From Polyangiales bacterium (GTDB taxonomy: Bacteria; Myxococcota_A; Polyangia; Polyangiales; Polyangiaceae), in NCBI GenBank assembly GCA_038230375.1, contig JBBRNJ010000110.1:1-24357 (forward strand): DNA of 24,357 nt, read 5' to 3'. Under the pieces are notes generated by a model. The model made no database searches. It was not told where the DNA came from and saw only the letters and a program-made list of their open reading frames with translations. This document shows, one piece after another, positions 1 through 9,361 of this stretch. Position 1 is the stretch's first letter. Every line of letters begins with the position of its first letter. The position numbers and the translations under genes were made by a program.

Positions 1-1425
1 GATCTTGCCCTGCATCTGAAGCCAGTGCGCGAAGTACTCGCCCATGTTGTAGCCGCAGAACGGGAGCATCGCGAACGGGTCGCGACGCACGACGCCGACC
101 TTGCCGGTGGCCGCAGCCGTGGTCTCGCTGCCGAGCGTGGCGCCCAGGAATACGCCGTGCACCCAGTTGAAAGCCTGCATGACGAGCGGGATCGTGGTGG
201 CGCGGCGACCGCCGAAGATGATCGCGCTGATCGGGACGCCTTCCGGATCGTCGTAGAATTTCGACAGAGCGGGGTTGTTCGTTGCGGGTGCGGTGAAGCG
301 CGAGTTCGGGTGCGCCGCCTTCTCCGTGCTGCGCGAGTCGAAGGTGCGACCCTGCCAGTCGGTGAGCTCCGGCGGCGGCGGTCCGTCCTTGCCTTCCCAC
401 CACACGTCGCCGTCGGGCGTGCGCGCGACGTTCGTGAAGATGGTGTCGCGCGCGGTGGTCTTCATCGCGTTCGGGTTGGACTCGTTGCTGGTGCCGGGCG
501 CCACGCCGAAGTAGCCGTACTCCGGGTTGATCGCGTAGAGGCGTCCGTCCTCGCCGACCTTCATCCAGGCGATGTCGTCGCCGACGGTCCAGATCTTCCA
601 GCCCTTGAAGCGCTTGGGCGGGATCATCATCGCGAAGTTGGTCTTGCCGCACGCGCTCGGGAACGCGGCCGCGACGTACGTCATCTCGCCCTCGGGCGAC
701 TCGACGCCAAGGATGAGCATGTGCTCCGCGAGCCAGCCCTCGGTCTTGCCAAGGTAGCTGCCAATGCGGAGCGCGAGGCACTTCTTGCCCAAGAGGACGT
801 TGCCGCCGTATCCGGAGCCGACGCTCCAGATCGTGTTGTCCTGCGGGAAGTGGCAGATGAAGCGCCGCTCGGGGTTGCAGTCGAGCACGGAGTGCAGGCC
901 GCGGTTGAAGTCGTTGCTGTCGCCCAGCATGGTGAGCGCCTTCGTGCCCATGCGGGTCATGATGCGCATGTTGAGCGCAACGTAGACGCTGTCGGTGAGC
1001 TCGATGCCGACCTTGGACATGGGCGATCCGATCGGCCCCATGACGTACGGGATGACGTACATCGTCCGGCCCTTCATGGAGCCGTCGAAGAGCTTCGCTA
1101 GCTTGTCGTACGCGTCCTTCGGTGCCATCCAGTTGTTGGTGGGCCCTGCTTCGTCCTTGGTGGGCGTGCAGATGAAGGTCAGGTTCTCGACGCGCGCGAC
1201 ATCGTTCGGGTTCGAACGGTGCAGGTAGCAACCAGGGAGCTTCTCCTGGTTGAGCGGCTCGAGGATGCCTTGCTCCACCGCCTGCTTGGTGAAGCGAGCC
1301 TTCTCCTCTTCGGAGCCGTCGCACCACACGATGCGGTCGGGCTTGGTCAACTTGGTCATTTCGTTGACCCAGTTGATGAGGTTCTGGTTCGTGGTCGGGG
1401 GCTTCTGCGTCTCGGGTGCGGTCAT
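1..1425 (-). CDS. pckG: Phosphoenolpyruvate carboxykinase (GTP), 3' end runs off the window
   Basis: Manual translation from ATG at 1425 ([20 protein letters not shown]...) shows the PEPCK-GTP motifs [23 protein letters not shown]-loop [41 protein letters not shown] and [15 protein letters not shown]. Absent from the ORF track because the stop lies outside the window. Confidence 0.97.
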   Translation of the reverse strand, partial: MTAPETQKPPTTNQNLINWVNEMTKLTKPDRIVWCDGSEEEKARFTKQAVEQGILEPLNQEKLPGCYLHRSNPNDVARVENLTFICTPTKDEAGPTNNWMAPKDAYDKLAKLFDGSMKGRTMYVIPYVMGPIGSPMSKVGIELTDSVYVALNMRIMTRMGTKALTMLGDSNDFNRGLHSVLDCNPERRFICHFPQDNTIWSVGSGYGGNVLLGKKCLALRIGSYLGKTEGWLAEHMLILGVESPEGEMTYVAAAFPSACGKTNFAMMIPPKRFKGWKIWTVGDDIAWMKVGEDGRLYAINPEYGYFGVAPGTSNESNPNAMKTTARDTIFTNVARTPDGDVWWEGKDGPPPPELTDWQGRTFDSRSTEKAAHPNSRFTAPATNNPALSKFYDDPEGVPISAIIFGGRRATTIPLVMQAFNWVHGVFLGATLGSETTAAATGKVGVVRRDPFAMLPFCGYNMGEYFAHWLQMQGKI

Positions 1426-1494
1426 TGGAATGTTCTCGCCTCGTCAGGGTTCCTCTTAGCCCAACGTCCGGACCATTTCATCACCAAGGATGGA

Positions 1495-2304
1495 TCAGCG
1501 CAGCCGGCACGCAGTTTCGAGCCTTGGCGCGGCGCGATCGCGTGCGGCAGCGATGATCTCCGGCGCCTTCTCGCCAGACGCGCGGATCGAGACACTCACG
1601 CCGTCGCGACCGGGGCGGCCGCCGTTGCATGGCACCAGGGTCCACACCTCGGCGCCGCGGAACGGTAGGCTGTCGAGCCAGGAGTCGACGGGGCTCGCGC
1701 TTCTACCTCTGCCGCTGGCCGGTGCGCGTGAGCTGGCGAGCTTCCGTTCGAAGTCCTGGTTGGCGCGCGCCTCCTGCTCGTCCGCGGCGCTCTTGGATGG
1801 CTCCACCGCGAGCATGCCCCCCGTGCCGAACGCGGTGTCCGTCACGGCGGCGCCGTGGCGCTCGCGGTCCTCGCGAAAGCCCTTCGCGCCGTAGAGCGGC
1901 ATGCTCATGACGTCCACGGTGAGCTCGGCCTCTGCGTCGCCGCGGAAGGTCACGGAGCAGGAATAGCGCGAGCTGTAGCCGTGCTCGAGCCGCAGGTTGT
2001 TCCCGGCGATCGCGCGCGCCTCCTCGAGCGTCAGCAACGACTTGCAAGGCGACCGCAGCGAGGCGATGGCGTTCGCGGCAAGGTCCTTTGCTGCAAACGC
2101 GAAGATCGCGAGCGGCATCACGATGCACGCCACACCCAGGATCGTGAGGCCCCGCGCGGTCGCGGGCTTGCCCATGAGCATGAGCCCGTCCCAGATCTCG
2201 TACACGAACACCGGCCCACCCCTTCGCATCCTTCGCGCGGCCGACAGATAGCGGTACGCATAGAAGAAGACGACGAGTAGCGCCGGTGCGCCAGCAAACA
2301 TCAT
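1495..2304 (-). CDS. Hypothetical membrane protein (two N-terminal TM segments, Cys-containing extracytoplasmic domain)
   Basis: Start placed at MMFAG (2304), 7 bp after the upstream stop. Hydrophobic segments ALLVVFFYAY and LTILGVACIVMPLAIFAFAA, followed by PCKSLLTLEEARAIAG...YSCSVTF, reminiscent of DUF3558-like domains. Confidence 0.65.
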   Translation of the reverse strand: MMFAGAPALLVVFFYAYRYLSAARRMRRGGPVFVYEIWDGLMLMGKPATARGLTILGVACIVMPLAIFAFAAKDLAANAIASLRSPCKSLLTLEEARAIAGNNLRLEHGYSSRYSCSVTFRGDAEAELTVDVMSMPLYGAKGFREDRERHGAAVTDTAFGTGGMLAVEPSKSAADEQEARANQDFERKLASSRAPASGRGRSASPVDSWLDSLPFRGAEVWTLVPCNGGRPGRDGVSVSIRASGEKAPEIIAAARDRAAPRLETACRLR

Positions 2305-2311
2305 CGCCGGC

Positions 2312-2518
2312 TCAGAGGCTCGTGGTGCCGCTCGGCGCAGGTGCGGCAGCGTCGGGCGCAGCGGAGGGCGTGCTCGGTGGCGGAGGCGCCTTGTGGTTCT
2401 GGCGATCCAGCTCCACCGCGCCCGCGGCCGCGAGCAAGCAGCCAGAGCCAAGCGCGGCCAATGCGATGATCGCGACGACCGTTGTGGTGACCGAAGACAA
2501 GCTACGAAAGTTCTTCAT
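2312..2518 (-). CDS. Small (68 aa) putative lipoprotein with Pro/Ala-rich tail
   Basis: MKNFR, hydrophobic stretch and lipobox LGSG-C. Its ATG overlaps the upstream TGA (ATGA at 2518-2515). Confidence 0.7.
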   Translation of the reverse strand: MKNFRSLSSVTTTVVAIIALAALGSGCLLAAAGAVELDRQNHKAPPPPSTPSAAPDAAAPAPSGTTSL

Positions 2519-2931
2519 GGGGACCTCTCACTCAGGATGAATACCAGCACGACTCCCTGGGCTGTCAAAGACGCACGTGCCTCCACATCGGACAGGTGCC
2601 CCTGTGCGTAGAGGGACTCGATGTCCTTCTGGACTCCCTCGGCGGTGAACGGCGAGCCAGAGCGGCTCGCGATCGAGGCGCGGAGCGTGTCGCCGGACGT
2701 GCGCTCGCTCCCGCGAAAACAGATGCGTGCAATCTGCATGTTTTCGAGATCTGCGACGCTGGAGACAGCCTTCTCCTGCGGGATGGGGCACGGCTCGGTC
2801 GCGATCCTCTTGTGCGTGGGGACGGCGACCACCGCAGGTGTGACCGCGGACGGAGCGCCCCCACCGCATGCGCTCGCGAAGAACGCGATGACGGTGGTCG
2901 CGCTCACCAGGAATAGCCGACGCGCGCTCAC
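2515..2931 (-). CDS. Stand-alone single POTRA-domain lipoprotein (BamA POTRA-like)
   Basis: GTG at 2931 overlaps the upstream stop (GTGA). Signal ARRLFLVSATTVIAFFASA-C. C-terminal IARICFRGSERTSGDTLRASIASRSGSPFTAEGVQKDIESLYAQGHLSDVEARASLTAQGVVLVFILSERSP follows the POTRA pattern. Confidence 0.8.
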   Translation of the reverse strand: MSARRLFLVSATTVIAFFASACGGGAPSAVTPAVVAVPTHKRIATEPCPIPQEKAVSSVADLENMQIARICFRGSERTSGDTLRASIASRSGSPFTAEGVQKDIESLYAQGHLSDVEARASLTAQGVVLVFILSERSP

Positions 2932-3497
2932 AGCCGGAACTCCGCATGGGCGGCCGTGCGGAGGGACAGTCGCCATGTATCGAATGCGGCGGCGAACGCC
3001 ACGGTGCTCTCGGGGGTGTCGCCCGAGCGTGGCGCGCGCTCCATGGCAAAGGCCTTACCGCCGAGGAGCTGCTTCGCCAGCTCGGTGCGATACTCCACCA
3101 TCGTGAGCCCCCGCCGACCGACCTCCGCCGTGAGCTCCGCGGTCGTGACCTGCGCGGCATCGGCCACTGCGCGAAAGGCCCGATCGATCTCGTCGCGCGT
3201 GACCGTGAGGTGGAGCTTGGAGGCCTCGTCCGTTGCGAGCGCGTCGTCGATCAGCTCCTCCGCCGCGCGCCGCTCCTCTTCGGCCACCAGCTTTGCATGC
3301 TTGTCGGCGTCGCCCTTGTACCCGGACTCGATGTTCGCGATGCGGGGTGCCGCCCGAAGCACCACAGCGCGCTTCGTGACTGCGTGCTTGCCGGCGACCG
3401 CAACGATGCGATCCACGAAGATGTCCGCGCCGGCCGGGCTCACCGAGAGCAGCGACGACGCAACAACGGTCGCCGTGATGTACCGGAAGAAGTCCAT
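2928..3497 (-). CDS. SurA N-terminal-domain chaperone (core module only, no parvulin PPIase domain)
   Basis: Signal peptide ending PAGA, then VDRIVAVAGKHAVT, EELIDDAL...LTVTRDEIDRA...GLTMVEYRTELAKQLL and a SurA-like C-terminal helix/strand WRLSLRTAAHAEFR. Alternative start 3536. Confidence 0.85.
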   Translation of the reverse strand: MDFFRYITATVVASSLLSVSPAGADIFVDRIVAVAGKHAVTKRAVVLRAAPRIANIESGYKGDADKHAKLVAEEERRAAEELIDDALATDEASKLHLTVTRDEIDRAFRAVADAAQVTTAELTAEVGRRGLTMVEYRTELAKQLLGGKAFAMERAPRSGDTPESTVAFAAAFDTWRLSLRTAAHAEFRL

Positions 3498-3585
3498 CGA
3501 CGGCCCACCTCTTACAACGGATCGGGGCGCAGCCATTCGCGATCTACCTCGGACGGGAGCCTAGGCAATCTGAGAGACGCCCTGG

Positions 3586-4692
3586 CTAGCCCGCGCACTC
3601 GATGGCGAGCTCTCGTACAGCTTCATCCGGTGTGCGCTCGGTTCCGTCCTCGGCCTGGCGCGGGTCCCAGCCGGTGATCGCGCGTACGGTGTCGAAGATC
3701 AGCTCGCGCCTGCGCTCCTTGCCTGCGACGTCAACCGACTCCACTGCTTCGTGTACCAGCACGGGGATGGTGTCGACCGTGCCCAGGGTGGAAGCAAGCG
3801 CAATGTAGCGTTCTCTCACCCACCACGCCGTCGCACCGCGCGTGCCCTGCATGGTCGAGATGAATCGCGCGCTGAAGAACTGCCTGTCGTCGTCGCCGAT
3901 CGTGCCCGGGATCGTGGGTAGCGCGTTGATGGTGGCGATGATGGGCTCGCTGGCAAGCTCCATGGGAAGCCGTTCTTCTTGCGACTCGCTCGACTCGTAG
4001 CCGGTGAAGGCACGATCGGTCATGCGTCCTTCGGCGTCCTTCAACGCCAGCCGCAGATGGAAGTCGTTCGACGAGAACGAGCCGCCGAGAATCCCGCCGC
4101 TGCCGTCATCGCGACTCAGCTCGATCAGGTGCGGTCGTGCCACCATCTGGACGCGAGCGCGCGCGACCAGGGCATCCAGTCGCGACGCCGGGATCGTCCC
4201 GGACCCGACGGTGAGGGAGGGCTGGTAGTAGTGCGACGACGAGATCGTGCGCACGGCGAAAGAGCTACCGGCCCTCTGGAAACGGACGATGCGGAGCGTG
4301 CCCCCGTGACCCGAGCCGTCCTCGAAGACGACCTCGTCGATCGTGGGGTACGCCGCGTCGCACCCGAAGTCGATGACCAGTTTGCTTGGCGTCGCCAACG
4401 AAGTGTCGAAGCGCTTGCGAAGCTCCGACTCAGCACGGGCGACCTCCCGCGCATTCAGGCTCGTGCAGAAGTGATGCGCAGGCGCGGGCGAAGCCTTGGC
4501 GATCGCGGGACGACCTCGCGCGAAGCATCGAGCGCCGGGCGGCGGTGCCTTGGCGACCGGCGCTTTTGCCAAGGACTGCGCCGGCACGCTCACCAAGGCC
4601 GGCGTCGCAGGCTTCGATGGGGAAGTGACCTGCGGCGCGGCCCCACACGCGACGACCGCAGCGCTGCAAGCAAGGGCAAATAATCGTACCAC
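3586..4692 (-). CDS. Hypothetical lipoprotein
   Basis: Probable GTG start at 4692 (VVRLFALACSAAVVA-C), Pro/Ala linker, then a globular region of about 300 aa. Start uncertain. Confidence 0.7.
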   Translation of the reverse strand: MVRLFALACSAAVVACGAAPQVTSPSKPATPALVSVPAQSLAKAPVAKAPPPGARCFARGRPAIAKASPAPAHHFCTSLNAREVARAESELRKRFDTSLATPSKLVIDFGCDAAYPTIDEVVFEDGSGHGGTLRIVRFQRAGSSFAVRTISSSHYYQPSLTVGSGTIPASRLDALVARARVQMVARPHLIELSRDDGSGGILGGSFSSNDFHLRLALKDAEGRMTDRAFTGYESSESQEERLPMELASEPIIATINALPTIPGTIGDDDRQFFSARFISTMQGTRGATAWWVRERYIALASTLGTVDTIPVLVHEAVESVDVAGKERRRELIFDTVRAITGWDPRQAEDGTERTPDEAVRELAIECAG

Positions 4693-4789
4693 CTGAGCTG
4701 AGAGGCCCCCCGGCCGAAAAAGTTCCCGAATTCCCGAGAGCGAGTCGCGCCTTTCCGCGGCGACTGACGCGCTAGCATCCACCCTCCTG

Positions 4790-5047
4790 GAAGATCGTAC
4801 GAGCATCCTCACGCTTGGCGTCGAGAGCACGCTTGGCGTACCGGACATGCTGGTGACCGTCTCGCGCGGTGGCGGGAACGAAGCGCTTCTCTTTGCACTG
4901 GACATGCTGGGCTACGTGCTCGACCGCGGAGCTCCGCTTCCGGACGGTGACACCGTGGGGCGCACGGCGGAAGAGAAGGTGCGCGTGCAGTACGTTCCGT
5001 CCCCCATCGATCCGTCGCGCCGCCTCGTGAAGCTGGAGCTTCCGTGA
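4790..5047 (+). pseudogene. 5'-truncated DUF4261-like gene fragment
   Basis: Frame reads EDRTSILTLGVESTLGVPDMLVT...EALLFALDMLGYVLDRGAPLPDGDTVGRTAEEKVRVQYVPSPIDP, resembling the C-terminal DUF4261 pattern. The resemblance begins upstream of the only ATG (4847) and the frame is closed by TGA at 4694-4696. Confidence 0.5.
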
Positions 5048-5075
5048 ATCGGGTTGACTGCGTACGCTCCGCCCG

Positions 5076-6071
5076 GTGAGAGTGCTCGGCATGCCGCTTC
5101 GGTTCGGTCGTCACCTCGCACTGGTCGTTGCGGTTTCCTTGATGCTCGTCGGATGCGGGACGCCGCCGCCTGCCGCGCCTTGCTTTGCGCTCAACAACGA
5201 CTCGGAGCTCCGGGCGCAGGACGCAACCAAAACGCTCGAAGGGCTCGCGCAGCACATCCAGCTCCCGCCCGAGGACGAGGCACTGCGGAACGCAACATCG
5301 ATCCACGACCTCCGTGCGCTCTTGCGACGTGACACGGTCTACCTCTTCGCGAATGCGGCGGCGTCAGCGCGCGCGCTGAATACGGTCGAAGGCCGATTCC
5401 TGGAGGCGCAGCTCGAGCTCCTCCTTGGCGAATCGCAGCTCGTCGCTTCGCAAGTGCTCAACACGCAGGCAGCGTGGGTCGGCAGCGATCTCCGGATGGC
5501 GCGCGCGAACATCGCCAGCGAATCGGGGCAGCCCACGACCGATCGCGGACGGATGCTGCAGCAGCTCATCCGCGTGGTCGAGGAGGGCAACAAGATCGCG
5601 GACGCGCTCGGGGTCGTCGCGCCATCCCATATCGCGCGCGGCGCAGAGGTGATCCGCCAGCTCCGCGTGGAGGCGCCCACAGACACGCGCACTGCGCTCC
5701 TCGTCGCGGAATACCATCGGCTGCGCGGCGAGTGGGCCGAGTTCGATGTCGCCATGGCCGCTGCGGAGGGCGCGAATCACGCCTCCCCCGCGCTGCCGTA
5801 CCTGCGGGCCATGGAGCAGCTCGAGCGCTTTCGCCGCCCGGACAAGGGCTCCGCGATCCTGCGTGAGAGCCTCACGACGTTCCCCAGGTTCGTGCGCGCG
5901 CAAGCCGCGTTGGTCTTGATGGCGACGAACCCGCGCGACGGTCTGCGAGAGCTTTCGAAGCTGAAGGAGATGAACCAGGATCACTATCTCGTGATGCTGC
6001 TTGAACCGACGCTCGCAGCCGATCAAGAGCTCGGAAGACTACAAGAAGAGGCAAACCGTGCGCCGCGCTGA
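5076..6071 (+). CDS. Hypothetical helical (TPR-like) lipoprotein
   Basis: Lipobox MLVG-C after RHLALVVAVSL, followed by amphipathic helical repeats. Alternative start ATG 5091. Confidence 0.75.
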   Translation: MRVLGMPLRFGRHLALVVAVSLMLVGCGTPPPAAPCFALNNDSELRAQDATKTLEGLAQHIQLPPEDEALRNATSIHDLRALLRRDTVYLFANAAASARALNTVEGRFLEAQLELLLGESQLVASQVLNTQAAWVGSDLRMARANIASESGQPTTDRGRMLQQLIRVVEEGNKIADALGVVAPSHIARGAEVIRQLRVEAPTDTRTALLVAEYHRLRGEWAEFDVAMAAAEGANHASPALPYLRAMEQLERFRRPDKGSAILRESLTTFPRFVRAQAALVLMATNPRDGLRELSKLKEMNQDHYLVMLLEPTLAADQELGRLQEEANRAPR

Positions 6072-7491
6072 TCGGCTCATCGCGTGCGTGGCGCTCTCCA
6101 CGCTCACCAGCTGCGGCGCGCCACCTGCGGCCGTAGCCACACCGGCACCCACCCCAACCTCAACGATCACCAGAACCCCGACCCCGACCGCGACTGCGAC
6201 CGCGACTCCGACCTCGACTCCGACCTCGACTGCGACCCCGACCCCGACTGCGACCGCGACTGCGACCTCGACCCCGACCTCGACCTCGACCTCGACCTCG
6301 ACCTCGACCTCGACCTCGACGCCGACCTCCACCTCCACCCCGACCGCGACCTCGACCTCGACCTCCACCCCCTCACCTTCCGCCGATCCGCTCCTGTCCC
6401 AGCTCTTCTCCTCGGGCGGCGCCGTCCTCAAGGGCATCGTCGCGAGCCCCGAAAAGTACCGCTTCCAGGCCCTCTACGGAATCGTGCGTCCCGGCCAGCC
6501 TCCCTCGATCGAGCGCCACGCGTACCGCGCCGATGCCGAGTATTTCTTTCCCGCGAGCTCGATGAAGGTGCCGATCACGCTTGCGTTGTACGAGCGCCTC
6601 GCGCCGATGCGAAATGGGGGTCGTCCCGCTCTCACGCGTGACGCGACGCTTCACATTCATCCCGTCGCGGGTTCCGCACCTCCCTACGTGACGACGCTCG
6701 CGCGCGAGACGTGGCGCGCGCTGATCGTGTCGGACAACTTCAGCGCGAACCGGTTGCTCGGGTTCGCCGGCCACAAGGAAGCACACGAGACGCTGTGGTC
6801 ACTCGGCCTCGCGTCCGCGCGGATTCACACCGGCTTCGCGACCGGGGCCGACATCGATGCCGCGCAGGCGTCGCCCCACATCGAGATCACGCCCGCGACA
6901 GGCGCACCAGACGAGCTCCCGGCGCGGCGCAGTGCTCTCGCCCTTCCGCCCACCGCCGCAACCGGCCTCGCGGTCGGCGAGGCGACGATGGTCGACGGGC
7001 GTCGCGTCCCCGGACCGCTATCCTTCGCGGACAAGAACGCGATCAGCCTGCGCGATCTGCAGGACACCCTGATCCGCATTCTTCGGCCAGAGCTCCTGCC
7101 GTCCCCATCGCCACCCGTGACCGCCTCGAAGGACGACGTCGCGTACGTCCGGCAAGCGCTCGGCACACCGCCGAGCCGGTCGGGCCTCGCGGGCTTCGAT
7201 CGCAACATCGTGGCGGACTACCAGCAGAACCCGTTCTTGCGCGGGATCGAGCGCGTGCGCGCGCGCGATCACCTGGAGGTGTACTCCAAGATCGGACAGG
7301 CCTTCGGCTTCGTCATAGGCAACGTGTACATCGTGGACAAGGACACGGGCCGCGCGTTCTTCCTCACCGCTGCGGTGTACGCCAATCCGAACGAGACGAT
7401 GAACGACGACCTCTACGCCTACGACACGATCGCCTTCCCGGCGCTCGCAGACGTGGGAGAAGCCATCTGCAAGCACGCGTTCGCGCCGTGA
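6058..7491 (+). CDS. Serine hydrolase, class A beta-lactamase-like fold, lipoprotein with Thr/Pro/Ser linker
   Basis: GTG at 6058 overlaps the upstream gene end. Lipobox LTS-C. Motifs FPASSMK (SxxK), SDN and SKIG (KTG equivalent). Confidence 0.85.
   Translation: MRRADRLIACVALSTLTSCGAPPAAVATPAPTPTSTITRTPTPTATATATPTSTPTSTATPTPTATATATSTPTSTSTSTSTSTSTSTPTSTSTPTATSTSTSTPSPSADPLLSQLFSSGGAVLKGIVASPEKYRFQALYGIVRPGQPPSIERHAYRADAEYFFPASSMKVPITLALYERLAPMRNGGRPALTRDATLHIHPVAGSAPPYVTTLARETWRALIVSDNFSANRLLGFAGHKEAHETLWSLGLASARIHTGFATGADIDAAQASPHIEITPATGAPDELPARRSALALPPTAATGLAVGEATMVDGRRVPGPLSFADKNAISLRDLQDTLIRILRPELLPSPSPPVTASKDDVAYVRQALGTPPSRSGLAGFDRNIVADYQQNPFLRGIERVRARDHLEVYSKIGQAFGFVIGNVYIVDKDTGRAFFLTAAVYANPNETMNDDLYAYDTIAFPALADVGEAICKHAFAP
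6150..6378 (+). repeat. Degenerate hexamer tandem repeat (CGACNN) encoding a T-[S/P/A] linker
   Basis: Direct reading: ...accccgaccgcgactgcgacc...(acctcg)n... Confidence 0.9.
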
Positions 7492-7492
7492 G

Positions 7493-8395
7493 TCACTTGA
7501 AGGTCGCGTAGCCTGTCGCGCTCGCACCTGTGGGATCGACGATCGCGCTGCTCGCCGTGAACCTGACCGTCCACCCAGGCGGCGACGCGACAGCCGCCTG
7601 CTTCGTGTAGAAATTGAAGGTCCCGTCCTGCGCCGGAAAATCGGCGAACGCCGCCGCTGGAACCTCCGCCTTGAGAGCGCTCGCGTCGAAGGTGCATGTC
7701 GCCGAGAACGCGTTCGCGCCGGTCGCGGCGTCGAAGTAGAGGACCACCTGGCCGCTCGACGTGCCTGTCCACGTCGCCGAGAACGGCGCGCTGCGCGTCA
7801 CGCTCAGGTTCGCGGCACCTTGTGGGAGCGCGGGCGCGGTCATCGTGAGCTTCCCCGGGGCGACGAGCGAGACGGTGAAGGCGGGCACATCCTTGCCGTC
7901 GGCGGAGACGGTCAGCATCTCACCACCGCTCCACAGTGACGTGCTGCCGGTCACCGGATCGTAGGCTTTCTGCGCGTTGGGGACGAGGTCGATACTCTTC
8001 ACGCCTCCAGTGAGGTGCAGCGTACCGGCGGAGAAGTCGGTCTCGCCCGGAGCGTTGCCATTGCCGATCGTCTCGACCAGGCACGGGCCGACCGTCTTTC
8101 CGGTCGTGGTCGTGTCGATCCCGTCCGGGTGTGTGAAGAACGCGCCGGCGCGGTGCAATCCGCGCGGCCCGCCGTCGACCGTGGTCGAGTCACTGATGGC
8201 GAAGATGCCGCCCAGATCGCGCGGGCCCGCGTCGTCATCGGATGCGTCACCGCTCCCACCACCCTCGGAGGACGCCGCGGCATCCGCGCCGCCCTCGGTT
8301 TGGGGCGTGGCTTCGGTGCTCGCGCTCGCGCACGCGAACAAGACGGCCGAAGTCAGAACGGAGAGCACGCACGTCAACGACACAAGGGTCCGCAT
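7493..8395 (-). CDS. Hypothetical beta-rich lipoprotein
   Basis: Lipobox VLFA-C, an acidic Gly/Asp linker, then a beta-strand-rich domain with two Cys. Confidence 0.8.
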   Translation of the reverse strand: MRTLVSLTCVLSVLTSAVLFACASASTEATPQTEGGADAAASSEGGGSGDASDDDAGPRDLGGIFAISDSTTVDGGPRGLHRAGAFFTHPDGIDTTTTGKTVGPCLVETIGNGNAPGETDFSAGTLHLTGGVKSIDLVPNAQKAYDPVTGSTSLWSGGEMLTVSADGKDVPAFTVSLVAPGKLTMTAPALPQGAANLSVTRSAPFSATWTGTSSGQVVLYFDAATGANAFSATCTFDASALKAEVPAAAFADFPAQDGTFNFYTKQAAVASPPGWTVRFTASSAIVDPTGASATGYATFK

Positions 8396-8429
8396 CCTGG
8401 AGAACGTAGCCGATCGAGGGCGCGCGTGC

Positions 8430-9314
8430 CTATCCCGCCTGGTACTCCACGAAGACCGTCTTCGACTGACCTGGCGCGAGCGTCATCAGCGACTTCCCGC
8501 TGTTCAGCGCGTTGCCTGGGCACGTCCACGGCTCCACGCACACGAAGTCCTTGCCCGCGACCGTCCAGACAACCCAGCGCGTGAACTCGGGCGAGCCGCG
8601 CAGCGTGATGGTTCGCCCCGGCAGCACCAGCGTGCACGGCCCCTCACCGTGGTCCTCCAGGTGGAGGTCCACCTCTGCCTGCGCGAGGTCGATGCCGTTG
8701 TCCGGCACGTCCACCGTCTTCTTTGTCACGTTGTCGAACGCGCGCTTCGCTGGCGAGCCGATCTTCGTGCCGGCCTTGTCCGCCTGGCGCACGTGGAAAT
8801 ACGGGTGGAAGCCCGCGCCAAAGGGCATGGGCATGGAGTGCGAGGACGTCGTGTTCTCGAAGCGCTGCTCGATGCGGAACACGTTGCCCTTCAGGATATA
8901 CGTGTAGTCTGCACGAAAGTCCCACGGGAACGCAGCGCGGGTCTCATCGTTCGAGACCAGGCGAAGCGTGACGCGCGCGTCGTCCGTGAGGGGCGCGGTC
9001 AGGTCGGATGCGATCTCCCACGGCAGGTTACGCGCGAAGCCGTGCTGCTTCAGCGAGCCCGTCTTGCCCTGGTAGGACCACGCGTCGCCTTCGAGCTTGC
9101 CCGGTGAGGGGAACAGCACGGGGTTGCCGCCGCGCACGTTCTTCGCGGTGTCACGCAGCGTGGACTCGTCCAGGAAGAGCAGGTGGTTTCCCAGGAGCGA
9201 CAGTCGCGTCACCATCCCGCCGCGCGCGGGTGAGAGTCTTGCCATGCTGCGGCTCTGCTCGTCCCTGATCTCCACGGTCTCCAGCGTGCCTTCTCGGGTC
9301 GTCAGGGTGAACAT
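8430..9314 (-). CDS. Aldose 1-epimerase / galactose mutarotase-like protein
   Basis: Motifs VRGGNPVLFP, QHGFARN, GFHPYF and FVCVEPWT. Alternative start 9323. Confidence 0.92.
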   Translation of the reverse strand: MFTLTTREGTLETVEIRDEQSRSMARLSPARGGMVTRLSLLGNHLLFLDESTLRDTAKNVRGGNPVLFPSPGKLEGDAWSYQGKTGSLKQHGFARNLPWEIASDLTAPLTDDARVTLRLVSNDETRAAFPWDFRADYTYILKGNVFRIEQRFENTTSSHSMPMPFGAGFHPYFHVRQADKAGTKIGSPAKRAFDNVTKKTVDVPDNGIDLAQAEVDLHLEDHGEGPCTLVLPGRTITLRGSPEFTRWVVWTVAGKDFVCVEPWTCPGNALNSGKSLMTLAPGQSKTVFVEYQAG

Positions 9315-9361
9315 GCCGTGCATGGTAGTACCGCAGCGGCGACATTTGATATGGCCTTCCT

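Noticed and set aside
25..1101. 358-aa plus-strand ORF
   Set aside because: Antisense shadow of pckG, typical of high-GC codon bias; no recognisable motifs.
6039..6437. VEVEVE, DLDLDL and RSRS ORFs over the repeats (also at 10727-10972 and 23638-24348)
   Set aside because: Alternative-frame translations of the hexamer arrays.
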